DNA from: Candidatus Kapaibacterium sp.
Lineage (GTDB): Bacteria > Bacteroidota > Ignavibacteria > Kapaibacteriales > UBA2268
DNA: 64,000 nt
Direction: 5' to 3'
Assembly: GCA_963665665.1 (NCBI GenBank)
Contig: OY762428.1
Location: forward strand, 2,848,001 to 2,912,000
How positions within the stretch are numbered: position 1 is the first letter of the stretch; each line of letters opens with the position of its first letter. Position numbers and translations under genes: made by a program. Below, in pieces: positions 48,852 through 59,622 of the stretch. The notes beneath the pieces were generated by a model. It had not been told where the DNA came from and made no database searches. It saw only the letters and a program-made list of their open reading frames with translations.

Positions 48852-49124
48852 TCAGTCTTCGATTACAGCAAGTATATCAGCCCTTTGAATAATCTTGTAA
48901 TCGATATTTTCAACAGAAATATCTTCCCCGCCATATTTTGCATATAGTACTTTATCACCAATATTGATGATTTCCTGAAGTTCTTCGTCAGTACCAACGG
49001 CAATAACTTTACCCATTACCGGTTTTTCTTTTGCAGTATCCGGAATAATAATCCCGCCTGAAGTTCTGCTCTGCTCAACCATGGGTTCAATCAGCAGCCT
49101 GTCGTCAAGTGGTTTAATATTCAT
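48852..49124 (-). CDS. groES: Co-chaperonin GroES
   Basis: MNIKPLDDRLL, TSGGIIIPDTAKEKP, GDKVLYAKYGG, DILAVI. Confidence 0.95.
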   Translation of the reverse strand: MNIKPLDDRLLIEPMVEQSRTSGGIIIPDTAKEKPVMGKVIAVGTDEELQEIINIGDKVLYAKYGGEDISVENIDYKIIQRADILAVIED

Positions 49125-49139
49125 AATAGTTCTCCTTTT

Positions 49140-49388
49140 TTAATTTGTAATATTCAACAATCTGTTAATTTTTGGTTTATCGAATCCAACTATCGGCCTG
49201 TTATTTATCAATATTACCGGAACGCCTGTCTGCCCTGATTTTCTTTGCATATCCCTGGCAGCTGCGAGGTCCCTGGAAACGTCAACATCCTTGAACCTGA
49301 TCTTTTTTTCCCTGAAATACCCTTTGGCCTGAGTACAAAAACTACAGGTTGGTGTGGAAAAAACAATAACTTTGGGTTGTGATGTCAT
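49140..49388 (-). CDS. Glutaredoxin-like (NrdH/YruB-type) redoxin
   Basis: STPTCSFC (CxxC), SGQTGVPVI, IVGFD. Confidence 0.9.
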   Translation of the reverse strand: MTSQPKVIVFSTPTCSFCTQAKGYFREKKIRFKDVDVSRDLAAARDMQRKSGQTGVPVILINNRPIVGFDKPKINRLLNITN

Positions 49389-49611
49389 TTTTCAATCTCC
49401 TTAATATTTTATGCATTTCATCAATTGCTGTAAATAATCAAAAAAAAATGCTATGCTTGTGAAAAAAGTGCTTTGTTATTTAAAAAAAAATCACAATTTT
49501 TATAATTCTGTTTATGTGCAATAAAATTTGTAATAAACATTCTGTATAACGAAAGTTGGCAAATTATATTGCCGTATGGTAATATTAAAAATATTAAAAA
49601 ATGGCTTTTAT

Positions 49612-49923
49612 ATGAAAGATAAAATTATATTTAACGACGAAGAACTTCAATCGCTTGCCAGAAGGTTCAAAATATTATCGGAACCATCCAGGCTTAAAAT
49701 TTTAAGGTGCCTTTTCAAAGGGGAAAAATGTGTTACCGATATTGTTGATACCACAGGGCTTCTTCAGGCAAATGTTTCCAAGCAACTGCGGGTATTGCTG
49801 ATTAACAAAGCTGTTGAATGCCGTCAGGAAGGTTTGCAGAGATTTTACAGTGTTTCGGACGAAAAAATTCAGAAGATTTGCAAATTATTATGCGATTCCA
49901 GGAAAAAGGATGATGATAAATGA
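49612..49923 (+). CDS. ArsR/SmtB-family transcriptional regulator
   Basis: FKILSEPSRLKIL, GEKCV, QANVSKQLRVL, RQEG..RFY. Confidence 0.88.
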   Translation: MKDKIIFNDEELQSLARRFKILSEPSRLKILRCLFKGEKCVTDIVDTTGLLQANVSKQLRVLLINKAVECRQEGLQRFYSVSDEKIQKICKLLCDSRKKDDDK

Positions 49924-50657
49924 ATAACGCGGACAGTATTGGAGGGCTGATAACATTTTATTTAAAGCTTCTGGGTTTTGCTCTCGTAACAATTTATTAT
50001 TCCTTTTGCGTGATTTTCACAATGCTTTTGCCGGGGGGCAGGCAAAAATTTCATAAATTTACAAAGGCCTGGGCAATTTCAGCCCTTAAGATATTTGGTA
50101 TAAAAGTAAAAAAATTGGGTATTTACAACAATACTGACAACAACACATATATTTATGTTGCCAATCATTCCACATGGTGGGACATACCCGTACTGATAGC
50201 TTCGATTGATCAGAACGTAAGGATAATTTACAAGAAGGAACTCGAGAAAATTCCGATTTTCGGGTGGGGCCTGGCAGCATGCCCTTATATATCTATTGAC
50301 AGGAGCGATGCAAGAAAATCCATGCAAAGCCTGAAGGAAGCAATAAAATCAATTGACGAAGGTGATTCGGTTATTATTTATCCCGAGGGAACCCGATCAA
50401 AAACCGGTAAGCTCGGAGAATTCAAGCGCGGGGCATTTATGCTTGCATCCAAAGCAAGTAAAAAAATTATCCCTCTAACACTTGCCGGGATGCAGAAAAT
50501 TCAGCCTGAGGGTTCAAAAGTTATCAGGCCGGTGGAAATAGAATTACGTTTCCATCCGGCTATGGATAATATTTCCGGTAACAGAAAAGAAGAAGACGAA
50601 TTCAGGGATAAAGTACGCACGATAGTTGCATCCGGCCTTCCGGCGGAACTTAGATAA
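49920..50657 (+). CDS. plsC: 1-acyl-sn-glycerol-3-phosphate acyltransferase
   Basis: ANHSTWWD (HxxxxD), KKEL..IPIFG, IDR, YPEGTRS, FKRGAF. Confidence 0.88.
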   Translation: MNNADSIGGLITFYLKLLGFALVTIYYSFCVIFTMLLPGGRQKFHKFTKAWAISALKIFGIKVKKLGIYNNTDNNTYIYVANHSTWWDIPVLIASIDQNVRIIYKKELEKIPIFGWGLAACPYISIDRSDARKSMQSLKEAIKSIDEGDSVIIYPEGTRSKTGKLGEFKRGAFMLASKASKKIIPLTLAGMQKIQPEGSKVIRPVEIELRFHPAMDNISGNRKEEDEFRDKVRTIVASGLPAELR

Positions 50658-50705
50658 TTTTTTTGAATCTTAAATTTTTCTTTTGGAAAATAGAAGTATA
50701 GTCCG

Positions 50706-50713
50706 TAACTTTG
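50706..50713 (+). promoter_or_regulatory. Bacteroidota-type -7 promoter element for tRNA-Phe
   Basis: TAACTTTG about 30 nt upstream of the tRNA. Confidence 0.5.
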
Positions 50714-50744
50714 TACTCTCGTTTGACGAGTGATTGAAAATGGA

Positions 50745-50817
<73 letters not shown>

Positions 50818-50823
50818 CAAAGA

Positions 50824-50862
50824 AACCGCAAAAACTTAGTGTTGATGCGGTTTTTTATTTTT
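50824..50862 (+). terminator. Hairpin plus T run after tRNA-Phe
   Basis: AACCGCA...TGCGGTT followed by TTTTATTT. Confidence 0.55.
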
Positions 50863-50873
50863 TAAAAGCTCTT

Positions 50874-50895
50874 CAGTCCGATTCCAGTCCGATTC
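50874..50895. repeat. 11-bp tandem repeat CAGTCCGATTC x2 (possible integrase arm-type sites)
   Basis: Read directly; about 55 bp from the tRNA 3' end. Confidence 0.5.
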
Positions 50896-50988
50896 AACTC
50901 AAAAAAGGTTAAAATTAACCATACATTTTTCTGTCAAAATGATCTGCTATATTTTGGCAATATTTACTCTTTATTGCCAGTAATTTGA

Positions 50989-53900
50989 TTACCTCCCTCT
51001 CTTATTTCTCATATTTAAGCTTCTTTTAAGGGCGATATCAATATCACTGCCTTTGAGAGTTGTTTTAAGTTCCTGACCGGCAAGTATAGCCTTCAAACTT
51101 CTGATCTCAGAAAGTAGCTGAGAATTTGCTCCGGCTGATGCCATTTGGACAGTAGCTATCAACTGATCATCCCGAAATATCCATTCCCTGTTTCTACCAC
51201 CAAGTGTTGTTGCATCACCGATCAGTGCAAAAGTTGGCTCATCGATACGGCCTCCGGAAGAGAAGCTGAGAATGGAGCTGATTACAGGATCAGTAACTGC
51301 TTTTACAGCTGCATTGACTACCGCTGTGATTACAGGGATTGAAACAACATTAGCCGGGAAAGGCAGGGCTGACAGATATTCCATCGTTCCGGGAGAAAGA
51401 ATCAGGTCAAGAACAAAGGCTGATGCTTTTGCCTGTAGCATACCTGCAAGTTGTCCGAAGAATTTACGCCAGTTCTCGGCTGCCGCTTCCGGATCAGCTG
51501 CAAATAGGTTTGTAAGGCTGTCTGTAACAGTAGTTTGCAGACCGCCTACTAATAAACCTATCGAATCAGCCTTTTGTGATAGAAGCGATTCTGTATTCTG
51601 TAACTGTGAGCTAAGTGATTCATAGGCTTCCCGGTCTGCTTTGCTGTCGAATATTGGTTTACCGGCTTCATCAAAGGCCTTGGCTTTTTCAGCTAACAAT
51701 GCCAATTGATCCTGTAAGGACTGTCTTTGTAAATTGAGGTTCTCTTCGTCTTTCCTTCGTTGCAGTTCCAGTTCTAATCCATTTCTTTGAGATTCAATAA
51801 TGGTTTGTTGTTTTGCATACTTTTCTTCTTTCTCAGCTCTTTTCTTTCTTCCGGATGCTTCAATCTCAGCTTTTCGCTTTTCAAACTCCTCGGCAGATAT
51901 AGCTTCCATGTCCCGCCATTTTTCCAGTTCTGCAATCTTTGCCTTTTCATCAGATTCAATTTTCTTCAGGGCATCATCTTTATCGGAACTGATTTTCTTC
52001 TCTCCGGCTGATGAATAAATCTCATTAAACCTGTTTAGCAGTTCTTCTTCCTTTTTGTACTTGTCCTCAATTTCCTTGATCCTGCCTTCTTCAAATTTCT
52101 TAAGCTCATCAAGCTTGGACTGATATATCCTGTCCTCAAGGTCTTTGATTGCCTGCATAGTCTCAAACTCTTCATTTTGAAGGTTCAGGTTCTGGTTTCT
52201 TAGCTCTCGCACCTTCAAACCATACTGAATCCTTATCCTTTCCTTTTCCTGTTCAGCATTTTCACCGGATACCTGTGCAAGCTCTTCATTCATCTGCCTG
52301 TTTAGTTCGATTATTTCATTATTACTGGATTTAATAGCATCTCTTAATCCGGATAGCTTGCTTTGATATTCCTCAACAACTCCCTCGTAAATATCTTCAT
52401 CCTTGATACCTATTGAAATTTCCCAATCAATTTTCTTCTGCTCAAGTTCTTTGAGTTTATCCTGCATATCAAGGTCATCAGCTTTGAGTTTCAGCTTTAG
52501 CTCCTGAATCTTTGCCTGCTCCTTAAGAATCTTCTCATTGAAATCCTGAATTACTGATCTAATTTCTGTTTTATCAGCTTCCTTTACTTTTGCATGGAAG
52601 ATTATTTCACCATCCGATGTAACATCGCCTATCAGTTTCTTTGCTTTGAGGGCTTCAATCCATGCTAATCTTTGGTTCTTTATTGTCTCAAGTTGTTTTT
52701 GGTTTATAAGAAGTTCATCGTAGTCATCAGCTTTTCTTTCTTCTGCCAGTAATTTTTCTTTCTGAACATACTCATAATTCTGCATTTCCAGATCGAGGGA
52801 TTTTGTCTTAATATCAGCCTGTTCCTTTGCCAGTTCTAAAGCTGATTTGCCCTGCCTGACAATCAAACCTGCCCTGATCTGATTAAGTTCATCAATTTTG
52901 TCCAGATTTTTCTTTTCTTTAGCCTGATCTTTTAGGTTTCTGATAGCTTCATTATATTGTTCCTTCAGCTCTTTTCTTTCCTCATCTGACAAAGCTTTAT
53001 TCTGCAACTGTTTGTATATTTCATTAGCGGCAGAGAGTTGGGATTTCAGGTTCTTCTCAACATTCGACGTCGCATTATCCCATGCTTCGGCAAGCTTGTC
53101 AACAGCTGCAGCCTGAGCTTCGGCTTCTTTCTTGCTCTTTTCCTGAACATCGACAATATCCTCTGCTTTGTTTCTTAACTGATATAACTGTTTTGAGAAC
53201 TGCTGTTCTACTTTGTCAGGCAGTTTAATTTTATCAAATTCGATATCTATCTTTGCCCCATCCTCAAGGGATTTTGACATCTCCAAAGTCTGTGATTTTA
53301 GTTCCTGAGTTAGCTTGGAATATTTCAGCTTAATATCGCTAACATCTTCGCCTTTCTTCAATCCTTCAACGATCTGATTGGCAAGGTTCTCAGCTTCCTG
53401 AGATACTTTCTGATACAGCTCTACCTTTTCCTGTAAAGCTTCTGCAAAAGCATCCTGCTCGGATTTCAGCTTATTGGAGTATGATTCTTCATTGGCTTTG
53501 GTATATTCCTTAACTTTGTCAATATTCAGATCAATAGCCTGAACTACCTTGCCGTTTTCATCAATTATTTCTTTATATCCATTGACTGCATTCGGAACTT
53601 CTTTTGCCAGTTCCTTTGCAATATTATACTTTTGTATCTCAGTTTTTGCAGACTGGAACTTAGCCACAAGCTCGTCAAGTTTCTTATTCTTGTCCAGGTC
53701 ATCTTTAAGTTCCATAGCGTTCTGTAGGGCAAAATCCATCTTTGATTCAGCTATAGTGGCATTGGCTTTGACCATAGCCCCGCTGATCGCTTTATTCAGC
53801 CGGTTTGAAAGTTCATTTTCAAATTCCTCGTCTCCGGAAATCCAATTAACAGGATTAAGATAATACTGAGCATAGTCCATCAGAACCGAGAATAGTTCCG

Positions 53901-56157
53901 GGATAGCCTCTACAAAACCAATAACATAATCCTTCGCTGTCCTGACTGCATATATCATTATCTGTACGCCTTTGGCAGCAGTCTCGAAGTAATTGCCAAT
54001 CAGCTTCAATACATCTCCAAGATTCTGAAATGTTCCGGCAGATTCATTTGAAACACCGGTCAGGCTCAGGAAAGTCTCAATGATAGTCGTTACATATGAA
54101 ATGGCAATTTCAACCGGAGCAATAAGCATCTCAAATATCAGTTCACCGTATTTTATCAGATAGCCGACTACTTCTTCGCCCATATCAAGAAATCCCTGTA
54201 TTGCAGGCTGAGCCCTGTCCCAAAGTTCCTCTGCTGCATCGCCCCATCTTTCAAGTATCTGCTGTCCTTTTTCTGTCTTGGTCAGGAAGAGTGTTATACC
54301 TGCCACTGCTGCAGCTGTTCCAAGCACCCAGGGATTTGTCATCATCGGTCCCAGCTTTGCAAGAATACCACCGCTCGACTGCATCTGTGCCGATAATCCT
54401 TTTAGTATCCCTCCGGTTTTATTGGCATTTTTGAATAGCGAAGTGAACTGTCCGGAAATTCCGGATAGTTGAGCTTTGATTTTATCTGCAGGAATGATAT
54501 TTCCTATCTGTCCGAATGTCATTACCATCGGGGCTATCTGATTTGATAAGGCTAACACTTGAGTAAAACCATCGCCGACAGCTCCGAAAAATTTAAAGAA
54601 TCCTGCTTCTATCTTATTTAAAACTCCCTGTACTTTGACACCAATCCCTTCATTTGCAATATCAAAAGCCCTCTGGGTAGAACCGATAGCATCAGTGGTA
54701 TAAGTGCTGAGAACATCTGCAAATTTCTCAGCATTTTCTCCTGACAAGGCAAGAGCGGCACCAGCAGCTTCAACAGAAGAGAAGACCTGGTTAGCTCTTA
54801 ATCCTGTCTCAGACATTGCCAAACCGAGTTTTTCAAGAGATACCTGTAAACCGTCTTTCTGCAATGAATCAAGTGAAACGCCAGCCTTTTCCATAATTGG
54901 CGCTAATGTAGCTCCCGGTTTGGCAAGTTCGACAAGGGCAGCACGAATCTGTGTTGTCGCCTGGGCAGTTGGAACGCCCTGCTGTGTCATAGTGGCAATG
55001 GCAGCCGTTACCTGCTCGAAAGATACCCCGAAAGATGCGGCTGTTGGAATCACATTGGATAATGAAGCATTGAGTTCGGGAATTGTGGTAACACCATTGT
55101 TCACAGTGTTGAAGAGGATATCAGAATATCTTTCTGCCTGATCCATAGATTCGCCATAGGCATTCAGGTTGGCAGCCAGTGATTTTATTGCAGCGTTAGT
55201 ATCGGTAAGGCCTGCAACGGCAAGCTTCGAAGCCTGCTCAACAAAACCCATACCTCCGGCAACATCAGCAATACCGTTGGTAACTTTAATAGCTCCTGCT
55301 GAGATAGCATTATAAATACCTTCGGTAACACCGGCAACGGTATCAGGAACTCCGGAAGCAAGTTCTATAGCTTTATCCCGGAACTCTTCAAAGTTCTTTA
55401 CACCGAGTGTTCCGATATTGCGGAGTTGTTTATCAAATTCCTTGTAGGGTCCGATGAATCTTTCAAAGGCATCTGTGATCTGCTGGACTCCCTGAACAGC
55501 AAGCCCGAATGTAGCCATCTTCTCGCCAAAGCTTTTCCCTGTGTTCTGGGCAGTCATTCCCATGGATTTGAGTTTTTTCTCTGCCTGGGCTATTTCCTGT
55601 TCCAGTTTATTATAGGCATCAGAGCCTTGCTTGCCTGAGTTTTTGAGAGCCTGTAAAGCTAATTTCTGCTTGCCGATAAGCTGTTCTGTTTCCTGCTTTG
55701 CCTGAAAGAATGAATCTGCAAGCTTCTCAATTTCCTGATTGAATTTATCGGCATCAAGATTTTCGAGAGCTATGTCAATTTCAGCAATATTCTTATCAAT
55801 TCCGGATTGTTCAAGCTCCTGAAAAGCTTTTTCAATATCCGACAGATCAATTTTGTCAATCTCTTTCATGGCGGATTCAATGTCTTCAAGAGCTTTTTGT
55901 GCTTCATCGGTATTCAGGTCAACATCAAGGGCAGAGAGGACTTTTTCGAGGTCTTCAGCTCCGTTTTCTGCTTCCTGAAGGAATTGAACAAGTTGTTTGA
56001 TTCCCTGCTTTGCTTCGGAACTGTTAAAATCTATATCTGGATTGATATTGCTGAGGATATTTTCTACATCCTTTGCCAGCTTTTCTACTTTGGATTTGTC
56101 TGATTTCAGGTCAACCAGAAAATCCAGCACAACTTGAAAATTCTTCTGCATTGCCAA
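50989..56157 (-). CDS. Phage tail tape measure protein (TP901-like core)
   Basis: 1722 aa; YNAISAG, ASKLAVAGLTD, GVTTIPELNASL, GVSFEQVTAAIATMT, ATTQIRAAL; long coiled coil; FSSGG near the C-terminus. Confidence 0.92.
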   Translation of the reverse strand: MAMQKNFQVVLDFLVDLKSDKSKVEKLAKDVENILSNINPDIDFNSSEAKQGIKQLVQFLQEAENGAEDLEKVLSALDVDLNTDEAQKALEDIESAMKEIDKIDLSDIEKAFQELEQSGIDKNIAEIDIALENLDADKFNQEIEKLADSFFQAKQETEQLIGKQKLALQALKNSGKQGSDAYNKLEQEIAQAEKKLKSMGMTAQNTGKSFGEKMATFGLAVQGVQQITDAFERFIGPYKEFDKQLRNIGTLGVKNFEEFRDKAIELASGVPDTVAGVTEGIYNAISAGAIKVTNGIADVAGGMGFVEQASKLAVAGLTDTNAAIKSLAANLNAYGESMDQAERYSDILFNTVNNGVTTIPELNASLSNVIPTAASFGVSFEQVTAAIATMTQQGVPTAQATTQIRAALVELAKPGATLAPIMEKAGVSLDSLQKDGLQVSLEKLGLAMSETGLRANQVFSSVEAAGAALALSGENAEKFADVLSTYTTDAIGSTQRAFDIANEGIGVKVQGVLNKIEAGFFKFFGAVGDGFTQVLALSNQIAPMVMTFGQIGNIIPADKIKAQLSGISGQFTSLFKNANKTGGILKGLSAQMQSSGGILAKLGPMMTNPWVLGTAAAVAGITLFLTKTEKGQQILERWGDAAEELWDRAQPAIQGFLDMGEEVVGYLIKYGELIFEMLIAPVEIAISYVTTIIETFLSLTGVSNESAGTFQNLGDVLKLIGNYFETAAKGVQIMIYAVRTAKDYVIGFVEAIPELFSVLMDYAQYYLNPVNWISGDEEFENELSNRLNKAISGAMVKANATIAESKMDFALQNAMELKDDLDKNKKLDELVAKFQSAKTEIQKYNIAKELAKEVPNAVNGYKEIIDENGKVVQAIDLNIDKVKEYTKANEESYSNKLKSEQDAFAEALQEKVELYQKVSQEAENLANQIVEGLKKGEDVSDIKLKYSKLTQELKSQTLEMSKSLEDGAKIDIEFDKIKLPDKVEQQFSKQLYQLRNKAEDIVDVQEKSKKEAEAQAAAVDKLAEAWDNATSNVEKNLKSQLSAANEIYKQLQNKALSDEERKELKEQYNEAIRNLKDQAKEKKNLDKIDELNQIRAGLIVRQGKSALELAKEQADIKTKSLDLEMQNYEYVQKEKLLAEERKADDYDELLINQKQLETIKNQRLAWIEALKAKKLIGDVTSDGEIIFHAKVKEADKTEIRSVIQDFNEKILKEQAKIQELKLKLKADDLDMQDKLKELEQKKIDWEISIGIKDEDIYEGVVEEYQSKLSGLRDAIKSSNNEIIELNRQMNEELAQVSGENAEQEKERIRIQYGLKVRELRNQNLNLQNEEFETMQAIKDLEDRIYQSKLDELKKFEEGRIKEIEDKYKKEEELLNRFNEIYSSAGEKKISSDKDDALKKIESDEKAKIAELEKWRDMEAISAEEFEKRKAEIEASGRKKRAEKEEKYAKQQTIIESQRNGLELELQRRKDEENLNLQRQSLQDQLALLAEKAKAFDEAGKPIFDSKADREAYESLSSQLQNTESLLSQKADSIGLLVGGLQTTVTDSLTNLFAADPEAAAENWRKFFGQLAGMLQAKASAFVLDLILSPGTMEYLSALPFPANVVSIPVITAVVNAAVKAVTDPVISSILSFSSGGRIDEPTFALIGDATTLGGRNREWIFRDDQLIATVQMASAGANSQLLSEIRSLKAILAGQELKTTLKGSDIDIALKRSLNMRNKRGR

Positions 56158-56172
56158 CTCTTTCGTAAATAT

Positions 56173-56210
56173 GGCAATGTATTTGATAGATGTGTATGAT
56201 TACAGGTATT
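56173..56210 (-). promoter_or_regulatory. Putative phage late promoter, copy 1 (before the tape-measure gene)
   Basis: 28/38 ungapped identity with 63661-63698; minus strand AATACCTGTAA-N2-ATACA-...-TAnATTGCC. Confidence 0.6.
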
Positions 56211-56238
56211 TAATGCTTGAATTAAATACAATTTATTC

Positions 56239-57531
56239 ATGATTATAATAAGAAAGATGAATAAACCTATACAGCTGTGGGAATATGATGAAATAACTGA
56301 TCCAAATTTACTTGAGATTCTTAAAAAAGAAATAAAAAAGAAAGAGTCTCATTATAAGGATTATTTTACTTTATCTTGGGGAAGCACTTTTAAACCCAAT
56401 GGATACTGTGGATCTTTTGCATTCAATGGAGAAACTTATAGCATCTTACCAAAAATTGAAGGAAAAGGAGATGATGACTGGGATGATGTAAGGAACCTCT
56501 CCTATCTTACTTATATGTTTCTAAAAGCCGAGAATATTGATTTAAAAAATGAAGACATTAGCAATGCTATGAATAGGGAAAGGCTTTCACTCTATGATGT
56601 CTTAATAAAAATATTTACGAACAAATTGCTACCAGAACTGCAAAAAGGTATTCATCGTGAATACGTAAGCAAACGTGATAATGTTAATAAGATCAAAGGC
56701 CGTTGGCTAGTTAGAAAGCATATTACAAAGAATTACTTCAATGAGAAAATATATTGTGAATTTGATGAGTTTTCCGAAAATAACCGGTTGAACAAGTTGT
56801 TTCTTTATGCCGCAAAAGTACTTAAACCACAAAGCCAAGAAACCAGGAAAGACTTGAGAAGAATTGAGTTGGTTCTTGACGAAGTTGAATATGAAGTAAT
56901 AGATGTAAAAAAATTCAATTATTCATTTCATCGAATGAATAAACGCTTTGAGAAATCAGCAAACCTTGCGTTATTATTACTTCGTTATTTACTCCCAAAC
57001 TTTTCTGGTGGGAGTAAGAATAGTTTTATATTCCTATTTAAAATGCACGATGTATTCGAAAGATTCATTGCTAATATTCTTAAGGATTTGGAGCCTGAGT
57101 TGGACGACAGAGAAGTATTAATTCAGCCCCCAAAATATGATAAAGATAACGATTTAAATATTAAACCTGATATGGTAATAAAGAAAGATGATCGGGTAGA
57201 ATTAATTATTGATACGAAATATAAGCTTTTTACAGGTAATCCTACACCAGGAGATAAATATCAGATGTATGCTTATGGTATGAGTTATGATTTTCAAAAT
57301 AATAGAAATCGCTCTATTCTTCTTTTGTACCCTGAGAAAGAAGGGAATGAACAAAAAGAAAGAGATTTTCATTTACAAGGAAATGTTGATGAAAGCCATG
57401 TTGATCTTTATGTCGAGAAGATAAATGTTAAGACTGATAGTAAGATTGTAGGTTTTGATCAATATATTAGTGATATAAAAGATAGATTGAAAGAAATTAT
57501 TGAATCACAAATAAATAGGTATAAAAAATGA
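56239..57531 (+). CDS. mcrC: McrC-family type IV restriction nuclease subunit
   Basis: ILPKI, GIHREY, IKGRW, CEFDEFSENN, FKMHDVFERFI, IKPDMV..IIDTKYK, DKYQMYAY, LLYP. Confidence 0.88.
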   Translation: MIIIRKMNKPIQLWEYDEITDPNLLEILKKEIKKKESHYKDYFTLSWGSTFKPNGYCGSFAFNGETYSILPKIEGKGDDDWDDVRNLSYLTYMFLKAENIDLKNEDISNAMNRERLSLYDVLIKIFTNKLLPELQKGIHREYVSKRDNVNKIKGRWLVRKHITKNYFNEKIYCEFDEFSENNRLNKLFLYAAKVLKPQSQETRKDLRRIELVLDEVEYEVIDVKKFNYSFHRMNKRFEKSANLALLLLRYLLPNFSGGSKNSFIFLFKMHDVFERFIANILKDLEPELDDREVLIQPPKYDKDNDLNIKPDMVIKKDDRVELIIDTKYKLFTGNPTPGDKYQMYAYGMSYDFQNNRNRSILLLYPEKEGNEQKERDFHLQGNVDESHVDLYVEKINVKTDSKIVGFDQYISDIKDRLKEIIESQINRYKK

Positions 57532-59246
57532 AATTTGAAGAAAAAGTTTTACTGCTTATAAATAGTGGTAATTATAATTATTTGGCTAATAGTGATGAAT
57601 TCTATTTCGAAAAAGCAGTGGAGCAGTTTCGAACATTTATGAAATTTGAAATAGATGATAATGAAATCAATGAATTAATTAATGAATTTAATGAAATAAA
57701 AGGATTCAAAGAATATTTAGATCAACTCGACAATGATTCAATTAAGTATAAACTTTTTAACCTTTTAGGTAAAGTAATTGCTCATATTGATTATCATGCT
57801 GCAAATAAATATGAATTAAACAGTTACAATGACAAGAGGGTTATTGCAAAATCAATGGTGAGACAAACCGACTGGATTAACCATTTACTAAAATATAAAT
57901 TATCAAACAACTTAAATGTTTTTTCAGAATCCACTAAAAATGCAGTTCTTTATTTAATGAACCCAGCTGAGAGAATAACCATTCTATCTGATAATCAAAG
58001 AAAAGCTATTTCAAAATCAATTCTTAAAACAACATATAACTCTGAATCATTTGACCAGGAGATTATCGAGAAAATCGGATTCCCCAAATCAAAAATTATC
58101 AATAATGATAACATTGGCTATATAACTTCAATAATGCTCTATTCTGATTTGAAAAATTATTGGCAACCTGATGAACACAGTAATAATTTACAACTTAATA
58201 ACGACATAAAAAAAGAAAATCTCTATCCAAAAAATATCATTCTATACGGCCCTCCTGGCACTGGTAAAACTTATCTTCATAAATATTTGATAAATCAACT
58301 TGAAAATTCTAAATCTGATTCTGATGTTTTCAAAGTAATTGATTCTCTTAAGAGTGTCCCAAAGGGTGAAAACTCTTTTATTGATGAGCTTGAAGATCGT
58401 TACGATTTTGTAAGTTTTCATCAGTCATATTCATATGAGGACTTTGTTGAAGGTTTTAGACCTGTCGCCCCAAAAAAGGTAAATATTAAAGAAAATGACA
58501 GTGATGAAGGTAATACTTCAAGTTTAAATATAGAATTAAGAAATGGTATTTTCAAAAAAATGGTTGATAAGGCTAAAAATAAAAAAGAGAATTATTATCT
58601 GGTAATTGATGAGATTAACCGCGGTAATATTTCTAAAATCTTTGGCGAATTAATTACCTTAATTGAAGAAGATAAAAGGTTGGGAGCTAAAAATGAATTA
58701 AAAGTGTCATTACCATATTCTTCTGACAAGAACGAAATATTTAAAGATTTTGGAGTACCTAAAAATCTATTTATAATCGGAACTATGAATACAGCCGATA
58801 AATCTATTGCTCAAATAGATGTTGCTTTAAGACGTAGATTTACTTTTGTCAGGATTGATCCCAGGCCGGATTTAATTGAGCCAAATCCTATTTCTAAAGA
58901 GGGATGGAAAAATTTAGATATTCGAGAAGAATATAAGTCAAATAATGATGATAGGAGCTATAAATGGACTACTGATCCAAAAGACCTACAAGAATGGTTT
59001 ATCAACCTCAATATATTTATTGAAAGTAAATTAGGAAAAGACTATCTAATCGGCCATAGTTATTTCATGAAAGTTGACTCTGATCAAGAGTTACAGTTTG
59101 TTCTTAAATACAAAATCATACCTCTCATGGAAGAATATTTCTTTAATGAGGATAAAAATACTATTGAAGATATTGCGAAGTATTGTAGCATAAGATTGAT
59201 AGAGAAAGAATTAACAAATCAAAATGATGATAAGAGTCCTGACTGA
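57528..59246 (+). CDS. mcrB: McrB-family AAA+ GTPase with unrecognised N-terminal domain
   Basis: ILYGPPGTGKT, FHQSYSYEDFVEG, IDEINRGNISKIFGELITLIE, GTMNTADKS, ALRRRF, IGHSYF. Confidence 0.9.
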   Translation: MKFEEKVLLLINSGNYNYLANSDEFYFEKAVEQFRTFMKFEIDDNEINELINEFNEIKGFKEYLDQLDNDSIKYKLFNLLGKVIAHIDYHAANKYELNSYNDKRVIAKSMVRQTDWINHLLKYKLSNNLNVFSESTKNAVLYLMNPAERITILSDNQRKAISKSILKTTYNSESFDQEIIEKIGFPKSKIINNDNIGYITSIMLYSDLKNYWQPDEHSNNLQLNNDIKKENLYPKNIILYGPPGTGKTYLHKYLINQLENSKSDSDVFKVIDSLKSVPKGENSFIDELEDRYDFVSFHQSYSYEDFVEGFRPVAPKKVNIKENDSDEGNTSSLNIELRNGIFKKMVDKAKNKKENYYLVIDEINRGNISKIFGELITLIEEDKRLGAKNELKVSLPYSSDKNEIFKDFGVPKNLFIIGTMNTADKSIAQIDVALRRRFTFVRIDPRPDLIEPNPISKEGWKNLDIREEYKSNNDDRSYKWTTDPKDLQEWFINLNIFIESKLGKDYLIGHSYFMKVDSDQELQFVLKYKIIPLMEEYFFNEDKNTIEDIAKYCSIRLIEKELTNQNDDKSPD

Positions 59247-59330
59247 AGAGATGTTTTATCAAAAATTGAGCAACATCATAATCCAAATGAATCAAGAAAA
59301 AAACTTACTATACTAAATAATCAATTTAAA

Positions 59331-59606
59331 TTGGAATATGGATCCCCAAAAAGGGAATTTCGAAGTAAAAAGTTTGACAATGAAAACGAATTAATAATAT
59401 ATTTAGCATACTTTCTCGAAAATGCTTATTGGGAAGAGATTAAAAGTGATAAACAAAATAAGACAAAATTTGAAATAAAACTCTCAAAAAATGAAGTTTT
59501 TGGAACAGGTTATTATGGATCTAAAGTTGATATTAATAAAACGAAAAAAGGTTTCAAAGCTGTATTAAATAGTCTAAAAATAATTGGATTAGACATGAAA
59601 AGGTAA
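59331..59606 (+). CDS. Small hypothetical protein in the moron cassette
   Basis: 91-aa AT-rich ORF ending just before a terminator; start uncertain. Confidence 0.4.
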   Translation: MEYGSPKREFRSKKFDNENELIIYLAYFLENAYWEEIKSDKQNKTKFEIKLSKNEVFGTGYYGSKVDINKTKKGFKAVLNSLKIIGLDMKR

Positions 59607-59622
59607 ATTAAAATAAACAGTT

